Assembly (NCBI GenBank): GCA_963795855.1
Contig: CAWCIZ010000004.1
Location: forward strand, 32,001-96,000
Source of the DNA: Vulcanimicrobiota bacterium
GTDB taxonomy: Bacteria > Vulcanimicrobiota > Vulcanimicrobiia > Vulcanimicrobiales > Vulcanimicrobiaceae
Direction of reading: 5' to 3'
Length of the DNA: 64,000 bases
Part shown: piece by piece, positions 57,923 through 64,000 of the stretch
Layout: each line of letters starts with the position of its first letter
How positions within the stretch are numbered: position 1 is the stretch's first letter
Translations under genes and position numbers: made by a program
The notes under the pieces: generated by a model
What the model was told of the DNA's origin: nothing
Database searches by the model: none
Seen by the model: only the letters and a program-made list of their open reading frames with translations

Positions 57923-58412
57923 ATGCCGGATATCGAGCAGATTCCGCTTTCGAACGAACTTCTGGGCGTCATGCGGCGCGCCGCCCAAAAAGCGATCGAG
58001 TTGGACGAGTCGTTCATCACGCCTCGCGCGATTCTGCTGGCGCTGCTGGACGACGAGGGCATCGGCCCGGCGATCGCGGGCGTCGTGGTCCGTGAAAAGG
58101 TGCTTGCGGCGCAGGCCGGCGAGAGCACCGGCATGGCGCGTCTCATCGAAGAACCAATGGAAGAGGGCGAACAACCCGCAATGATTCGATACGACACGCT
58201 GGCCTTCAAGACGCCCGATGGCCGAACGAGCATGTGGCTGAACAAGGATGCGTTGAACATGTTTTTAGAAGGCGCGCGCCGCGTGAACGGCGCCTACGCT
58301 CCGAAACATCTCGCGCTCGGCTTGGCAGCGCAGGCGACTCACGCGCCCGGCGTGCTCTGCCGCGATCCGGGTCGAACCCGGGGTTTTGGCGGACGCGATT
58401 TACAAGATCTAG
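57923..58412 (+). CDS. Clp-N (Clp repeat) domain-only protein (frameshift near 58360)
   Basis: VMRRAAQKAIELDESFITPRAILLALL and PKHLALGL; the shifted frame ends AIRVEPGVLADAIYKI* at 58412. Confidence 0.6.
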
Positions 58413-58428
58413 ATCGCAGCGCTGAGTT

Positions 58429-58896
58429 CTACTTCACGAGATCGGCGGACGTGATCTCTTCCAAGTACTCGAACAGCTGCGGAAGCGTGATCTTCTCCAG
58501 CGCGGTCTGCTGCTTGAGGCCGTCGCCGTCTTCGCCTTCGTCGCGCAAGTAACAGCGCGACTCGACACCCGAATCCGAATCGCTGATGAACGAGACGGCA
58601 AAACCTTTCCCCGGCATCTCGTCGTAGATGCGCATGGTCGCCGGATTCAGAATCTCGACCGAGTGGCTTTGATTGTTCGCGTCGAAAATGGTGATCGTCA
58701 GGTAGTCGCGGTTCACGACCTCGATCGAGCCGACCACGAAGACGTTTTTCGCCGAAAAGAATTCGTGCCCGCGCTTGTTTCGGCTGGAAACTTCATAGAA
58801 GACGCGATGCGCGACAAAGCGGTTGAGGATCTTCCGAAGGGTCGCGAGGGACGCGAGAGTCTCCGTCCGGTTGCCTCGCGTGTAGATGATCTTCAC
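58429..58896 (-). CDS. Hypothetical protein
   Basis: MKIIYTRGNRTETLASL...LFEYLEEITSADLVK; host-like codon usage; GTG 58896. Confidence 0.7.
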   Translation of the reverse strand: MKIIYTRGNRTETLASLATLRKILNRFVAHRVFYEVSSRNKRGHEFFSAKNVFVVGSIEVVNRDYLTITIFDANNQSHSVEILNPATMRIYDEMPGKGFAVSFISDSDSGVESRCYLRDEGEDGDGLKQQTALEKITLPQLFEYLEEITSADLVK

Positions 58897-58983
58897 GGAG
58901 CCGCCCAACCTTGCACGGGGGCGCAGGAGGGCCCTGCCACCCCTTGACAGGCGTACCGGCGCAGCGGCGGAAAAGGTGACTTC

Positions 58984-59274
58984 GTGCTCTCTCTTCCCGA
59001 CATGGCGATTCTCGGAGTCCTCGCGCTGCTCGTCTTCGGCGAAAGAAGATTGCCCGGGATCATGCGGCACGCCGGACGCGTGATGCGCGACGTGCAGAAC
59101 ACCTCGCAGTCGTTCGTGCGCGAGATGGAACGGGCCGCGGATCTGAACGAGCAGCCGCCTCGGCCGGCTTCCGCGCAAATCCCCGAGCAGCCGAAGACGC
59201 GACGGCGCCCACGCCGGACGCCGTCGCCAAAGAAATACCGGAATAGCGCGGGCGCTCGCCCGCCTAGATGTTGA
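58984..59274 (+). CDS. Twin-arginine translocase TatA/TatB family subunit
   Basis: MLSLPDMAILGVLALLVFGERRLPGIMRHAGRVMRDVQ. The C-terminus is possibly frameshifted (alternative stop at 59246). Confidence 0.8.
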   Translation: MLSLPDMAILGVLALLVFGERRLPGIMRHAGRVMRDVQNTSQSFVREMERAADLNEQPPRPASAQIPEQPKTRRRPRRTPSPKKYRNSAGARPPRC

Positions 59275-59554
59275 AGTTTTGCCGGAGTTCCGTGATGCGC
59301 TGCTGCAGCAGCGTTTTGGCCTGGCCTTGCAGGCGCTCTTTCTGATCTTCGGGCAGGCGCTGATACACCAGATATCCCGCGGCCGAGAGCAGCCCGCCGA
59401 GCACGCCGACCAGCAGCGCCTTACCCGTTTCGTTCGAGCCGTTGTTCTCGGTGTTCTCGTAATTCACGCTCGCGTTCTCCGCATACGTGCCCTTGTAGCC
59501 GTTGCTGCCGGACCATTGCTGCTCCGAGGGCGTCGACCGGAACGTCTCAGACAT
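59264..59554 (-). CDS. Small hypothetical membrane-anchored protein
   Basis: SD GGAGG then MSETFRST...ALLVGVLGGLLSAAGYLVY...ELRQNFNI. Confidence 0.7.
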   Translation of the reverse strand: MSETFRSTPSEQQWSGSNGYKGTYAENASVNYENTENNGSNETGKALLVGVLGGLLSAAGYLVYQRLPEDQKERLQGQAKTLLQQRITELRQNFNI

Positions 59555-59616
59555 ATGTTTGCCTCCAAGATAAGGTCGACCTGAACAGTTATCATACCCG
59601 GTTTGCCGGAACCTGG

Positions 59617-59958
59617 TTAGGCCTCGGTTTCGTGGCGCACACTCACGTGCTGCGGATATTGCGAGGCAATTTGCTCGACCGCCAAACGCGCGGTTTCGAC
59701 GATCGCGCGACGCGCGTTCGTCTTCACGCGCCGCTTGCGGCCAGCGCATGAATAGGTCGCCGCGCTCTTGCGTGACGTCGAGCGGAATCTGAGCGTGCTC
59801 CTGCAATCCGAGTCGCGCCGCCTGCAAGACGGCTGAAACGGCGGCGCACACCAACGAGATACTCGTCGCTGACTGGTCTCGGCGATCTCGACGTGACCCG
59901 ACGCAAAAACAGAGGACAGCCGGTTACGGCTGTCCCTGCGAAAAACGACCTCGAGCAT
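59617..59958 (-). CDS. prp: Ribosomal-processing cysteine protease Prp (two compensating frameshifts)
   Basis: ASGH...LVCAAVSAVLQ...QIASQYPQHV; directly downstream of rplU. Confidence 0.85.
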   Translation of the reverse strand: MLEVVFRRDSRNRLSSVFASGHVEIAETSQRRVSRWCAPPFQPSCRRRDSDCRSTLRFRSTSRKSAATYSCAGRKRRVKTNARRAIVETARLAVEQIASQYPQHVSVRHETEA

Positions 59959-59983
59959 CTTTCGAATCGCCCGAATGCGGCGT

Positions 59984-60301
59984 CTACGGAAGGTCGATCT
60001 TGGTGATCTTGATCTGCGCGAACGGCTGACGATGGCCGGTGAGCTTGCGTACGCGCTTCTTCGGCTTGTACTTGAAAACGAGAATCTTCTTGTCTTTATC
60101 CTGACGCAGGACGGTGCCGGTCACCGAGGCGCCGCTCACGATAGGAGAACCGACGGTCACCGAGTCGCCGCCCTTGCTGGCAAGGACGACGCGGTCGAAC
60201 GTAACGTCCGATCCCACTTCGCTCTCCAGGAGGTCCGTCTTGATGACGTCACCCTCCGAGACTTTCAATTGCTTTCCGCCCGTCTCGATAATCGCGTACA
60301 T
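59984..60301 (-). CDS. rplU: 50S ribosomal protein L21
   Basis: MYAIIETGGKQ.KV..GD...KILVFKYKPKK......GHRQ. Confidence 0.98.
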   Translation of the reverse strand: MYAIIETGGKQLKVSEGDVIKTDLLESEVGSDVTFDRVVLASKGGDSVTVGSPIVSGASVTGTVLRQDKDKKILVFKYKPKKRVRKLTGHRQPFAQIKITKIDLP

Positions 60302-60447
60302 AACTTTGGAAGATTATCAGACGCCCGACGCTGCTGTCAAACGCTCAAATCACGCCTCTAAAATGCTGCTCCCTTGACCGGAGGGTCGCAATGCGGTATT
60401 CTGGCAGAGAAGTCTGAAATATAGACGAGTCTAGAAGAGAGAGGAAT

Positions 60448-61026
60448 ATGGACGCGAGAGAGGCTCGAGAGAACTTGGAAATGGTCGATCGCATTCTCGC
60501 GCAGGCGGAGCCCGTTAAGCATTTCCGTCCGTACGCACGCCTGCTCGTCATCATCGGCGTGGCCGCCGCAGTCCTGGAATGCGGAATCCAACTTTCGATG
60601 AGCGGCCGAGGGAATGCCGTGGTCTATGCCGGCATCGCGTTGATGGCCGCGGGTTACGTCTATCTTATTTGGACGCAGGCGGTGTTGCGCCGCGCGAGTG
60701 CGCGCATCTCGAACGCGGAAGCGCGACAGAGTCGATCGATCGGCGCCGTGTGGCTCGCCGTCTTCATCGCGGCATTTGCGCAGCCGCATATTTTTGCAAA
60801 CTGGGGAGCCTCCGCGATCTGGAATCTGGGCGCGTGCATTCAAATGCTGATGTTCGGGTTTTCGGGAGATCGCCGTTCGCTTGCGGGCGGTATCGCGCTC
60901 GGAGCGTCGATCGTGGGCGCAAATTACGCGATCAACTGGGCCGGCTACATTCTCGCCGCCGGATTCCTCGCCGGATACGTCGTGCCGGGGATTCTCAAGT
61001 TGATCGATACGCGTGAAGGCTGCTAA
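60448..61026 (+). CDS. Hypothetical integral membrane protein (~6 TM)
   Basis: MDAREARENLEMVDRIL followed by hydrophobic helices; SD GAGGA. Confidence 0.75.
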   Translation: MDAREARENLEMVDRILAQAEPVKHFRPYARLLVIIGVAAAVLECGIQLSMSGRGNAVVYAGIALMAAGYVYLIWTQAVLRRASARISNAEARQSRSIGAVWLAVFIAAFAQPHIFANWGASAIWNLGACIQMLMFGFSGDRRSLAGGIALGASIVGANYAINWAGYILAAGFLAGYVVPGILKLIDTREGC

Positions 61027-61029
61027 TCC

Positions 61030-61314
61030 GTGGACGAGCTGCTGCTCTCCAAGATTCGCTTAAGCGTAATCGCGGAGTTGCTCACTTCGGAATGGGTGGC
61101 GTTCAGCGAGTTGCAGCGCGCCACGCAGACGACCAATGGAAATCTCGGCGCACACGTCGGTAAACTCGTCGACGCCGGTTACGTGAATGAAGAGAAGGCC
61201 TTCGTGAACCGGCGTCCGCAGACGCGCTATCGTTTGACTCACGCCGGACGATCGGCATTCGTGCAGCACGTTCGAGAGATGCAGGATCTGCTCGAACAAG
61301 GAGAGGCGCAATGA
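61030..61314 (+). CDS. Winged-helix transcriptional regulator (HTH_34 type)
   Basis: RLSVIAEL...FSELQ...TNGNLGAHVGKL.DAGYV..EKAFVNRRPQTRYRLT..GR.AF. Confidence 0.88.
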   Translation: MDELLLSKIRLSVIAELLTSEWVAFSELQRATQTTNGNLGAHVGKLVDAGYVNEEKAFVNRRPQTRYRLTHAGRSAFVQHVREMQDLLEQGEAQ

Positions 61315-62188
61315 GCATCGTCGCGCTCGATCGCGTGCGGAAAAGCTTCGGCAGCGTTACCGCCGTAAGCGGCCTTTCGCTGGAAATCGAACGGCCGGGC
61401 GTCACGGCGCTTCTCGGGCCGAACGGTGCCGGGAAGACAACGACGATCGACATGCTGCTCGGGTTGCGCCGCCCGGACGCGGGCACGGTGCACGTGCTGG
61501 GCATGAATCCGGCTTCGGCCCGCGCGCGCCGATACGTCGGCTGCACACCGCAGCAAAGCAGCGTTCCGGATGCGCTTCGCGTTTCAGAGATCGTACGTTT
61601 CGTTGCCGATCAGTATCCCGACCCGCTGCCGGCCGAGCAAATGCTTTCGGACTTCGGCTTGACTCATCTGGCCGATCGTCAGGCGGGCGTTCTTTCCGGA
61701 GGAGAAGTTCGCCGGCTTATGCTGGTGCTGGCATTCGTTGGACGGCCGAAGCTCGTCGTGCTGGACGAACCGACGAACGGCTTGGATCCCGAAACGCGGC
61801 GGCGCGTGTGGGATTACGTCCGCGGGTTTTCGGGGCGCGGCGGCACCGTGATGCTGACCACGCACCATATGGAGGAAGCCGAGGCGCTCGCTTCCCGTAT
61901 CGTCGTAGTCGATCGGGAAAGATCGTACGCGACGCCACGCCGGGTGAAATTCGACGCGCGGGCGGCATGCGACGGCTGACATACCAGGGCGACGCGTTCG
62001 ATCCCGCTGCTTATGGGCTTCGTGCGAACATCGTGCGCTCCGACGGCGAAACCGTATGCCTCGCGACCGACGATACCGACGCGGCGGTGCGAGCGCTGGT
62101 GCAAAGCAACGCGCGGTTTCGTAACCTGACCATCGACTCGCCGTCGCTCGAAGATGCCGTTATGTCTTTGTTGGAGGAATGCGTATGA
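61311..62188 (+). CDS. ABC exporter ATP-binding protein (frameshift near 61920)
   Basis: GPNGAGKTT, LSGGE, LDEPTNGLD, TTHHMEEA; C-terminal PSLEDAV in the second frame. Confidence 0.92.
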
Positions 62189-62925
62189 GGATCGGCCGCC
62201 TTGCTCGATCTGCGGTTCGCGTGCAACTGCTCGAATTGCTGCGGCGCCCCGCGTTCGTCGTGCCGACGCTCGCGTTTCCCGCGCTTTTTTACTCCCTATT
62301 TGATTTGACGTATGCGCGGGCGTATCCGCAAGCGGCTGCCGCGATGATGCTTTCGTACATCGCCTTTGCCGTCGTCGGCGTAACGCTGTTTCAATTCGGC
62401 GTCGGGATGGCGGTGGAGCGCACGTTGCCGTGGGAACGGTATTTACGGACCTTGCCGACGCCGCTCTGGATCCGTTTTTCCGCTCGCATCGCTGTGGCTG
62501 CCGCGTTTGCCGCGTGCTCGGCGGCCGGCGTAGTCGTCATCGCGTCCATAGCGACTGCAGCGCGCTTCGATCCCGCGCAATGGGCGCTCGTCGCACTGTG
62601 CACGTTAGCGGGCGCCGTACCGTTCGTCCTGTTTGGGTTGGCGATCGGATACTGGACGACGCCGAAAGCGGCGCTCCCGATTGCAAACATCTGTTATCTG
62701 CTGCTCTCGTTTGCCGGTGGCCTTTGGATACCGCCGGCGGACCTGCCGGCTTTCGCCAGGAGCATTTCGCCGTACACGCCCACGCGGCAATTCGCGGACC
62801 TGCTTTGGAACGCGCCGCATGGTTTTGCCCTCGCACCGCTCGGCGCGCTCGCCGGATTCGCGTTACTGTTCGGTTCCATTGCGACCGCCGGTTATCGTCG
62901 GGATCGCGCCGCGCGGTTCGCATAA
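62185..62925 (+). CDS. ABC-2 type permease
   Basis: PTLAFPALFY, FQFGVGMAVER..PW...LRTLP, LSFAGGLWIP. Confidence 0.9.
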   Translation: MRIGRLARSAVRVQLLELLRRPAFVVPTLAFPALFYSLFDLTYARAYPQAAAAMMLSYIAFAVVGVTLFQFGVGMAVERTLPWERYLRTLPTPLWIRFSARIAVAAAFAACSAAGVVVIASIATAARFDPAQWALVALCTLAGAVPFVLFGLAIGYWTTPKAALPIANICYLLLSFAGGLWIPPADLPAFARSISPYTPTRQFADLLWNAPHGFALAPLGALAGFALLFGSIATAGYRRDRAARFA

Positions 62926-62939
62926 CGAAAGGACCTTCT

Positions 62940-63908
62940 ATGCTCGTGCCTCTCGCACTCATCGTTGCGGCCGCGACGACCGCGCCCGCTTCGAGTTCTT
63001 CATGCAGCGCCGCAAAAGCATTCACGGGAACGATTTGCGCGCCGGTAGCCTCCGGCAAATATCCGGCGATCGTTCTGCTGGGCGGTTCCGAAGGCGGAGA
63101 CAGCATGTCGCACGCTGCGGCGCAATTCGCCCAGCGAAGTGACGTTGCGGTTTCGGTTGCATACTTCAAAATGCCGGGGCTGCCGCAAACGCTCGAAAAC
63201 GTGCCGGTCGAAATTGTCGGCACCGCGATCGACGCGCTCTCCAAGCGCGCCGACGTCGATCCCAATCGCATCGCCGTCATGGGACTTTCAAAGGGCGGCG
63301 AACTCGCGCTGCTGGCTGCATCGACGTATCCGAAGGTTCATGCGGTCGTCGCCGACGTTCCAAGTCCATTTGCCTGGCAGGGCATCGCGCAAGGCGCGGG
63401 GCCCGCGGAATCGTCTTGGACTCTCGGAGGAAAACCGGTTCCCTATGTGAGCTATTCGAGCGCGATGGGCGAGCAGTTCCAAAACGCGTTCATGAATCAC
63501 CAGCCCCTCGATCTGCGCAAAGGTTACGACGCGGCGATGCAGCAGAATGCAGCCGACATTCCGCACGCGATGTTCCATCTGGAAAATATCCGCGGCCCCG
63601 TCCTGATGCTCGCGGCGGACGACGACCAGATTTGGAACTCCGTCGCGCAATGTCGACTCGGCATGCAGTATCTGCTCAACCACCATCATCCGTACGCGGA
63701 TCAGTTCCTGAGCTATGCCGGAGCCGGCCACATCTTTCTCTTTGCTTCGCCCGATAGACCGCTCACGCAAGCACCCATGGGACCGATGACGTTGCTGCTG
63801 GGCGGGAGTGCGCGCGCAAACGTTGATGCAGCGAATCAAGCGTGGCCGAAGATCTATTCGTTCTTGAGCGCGTCGCTGCAGGCGGCGGTGAACCAACCGG
63901 GTAACTAG
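62940..63908 (+). CDS. Secreted BAAT / acyl-CoA thioesterase-like alpha/beta hydrolase
   Basis: LGGSEGG, GLSKGGELALL (Ser), DDQIW (Asp), GAGH (His); ATG 62940. Confidence 0.88.
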   Translation: MLVPLALIVAAATTAPASSSSCSAAKAFTGTICAPVASGKYPAIVLLGGSEGGDSMSHAAAQFAQRSDVAVSVAYFKMPGLPQTLENVPVEIVGTAIDALSKRADVDPNRIAVMGLSKGGELALLAASTYPKVHAVVADVPSPFAWQGIAQGAGPAESSWTLGGKPVPYVSYSSAMGEQFQNAFMNHQPLDLRKGYDAAMQQNAADIPHAMFHLENIRGPVLMLAADDDQIWNSVAQCRLGMQYLLNHHHPYADQFLSYAGAGHIFLFASPDRPLTQAPMGPMTLLLGGSARANVDAANQAWPKIYSFLSASLQAAVNQPGN

Positions 63909-63917
63909 CTGCGCGCA

Positions 63918-64000
63918 GTGCGCGCGCATCGATTGATCTTCGGAGCGTGGGGTGCCGTCGCGATCGTGACGGCGCTTCGCGCAGCCTTTGCGGCGTCTTT
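63918..64000 (+). CDS. Start of a membrane protein gene, truncated by the window edge
   Basis: GTG RAHRLIFGAWGAVAIVTALRAAFAAS..., open to the end of the window. Confidence 0.4.
   Translation, partial: MRAHRLIFGAWGAVAIVTALRAAFAAS

Overview
Bacterial, high-GC DNA. Terrabacterial markers (rbgA, prp, SigB/F-type sigma factor) occur together with outer-membrane genes (TonB-dependent receptor, porin remnant). This suggests a diderm terrabacterium such as Ca. Eremiobacterota/Vulcanimicrobiota (inference only). The window has two parts. (1) 1-24423 is a visibly more AT-rich accessory region. It ends in a Tn7/Tn5053-type transposon end (terminal TGT plus three ~19-20 bp repeats) inserted in the VGGG codons of comM/yifB. 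No transposition genes are in the window. The cargo holds an AbiEi/AbiEii type IV TA pair, many small detox/regulatory genes, an ankyrin gene with a strongly structured 5' leader, a LytS/LytTR pair, a membrane-anchored degenerate HNH-like ORF and several gene-end remnants, three of them diverged copies of other cargo sequence. (2) 24424-64000 is chromosomal backbone: truncated comM, sigma factor, SSS transporter, ribose-type ABC system, kup, a Ser/Thr kinase-APC-USP operon preceded by a 103-bp tandem repeat, and rplS-3x lepB-rbgA-rnhB-yraN. A ~14 kb LuxR/TonB-receptor/peptidase/cyanophycinase locus lies between trmD and rplS, followed by a tatA/B-like gene, rplU-prp without rpmA, and an ABC exporter operon. 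About 20 genes carry single-base frameshifts, most likely assembly errors. All product calls come from motif recognition by eye; no database searches were run.
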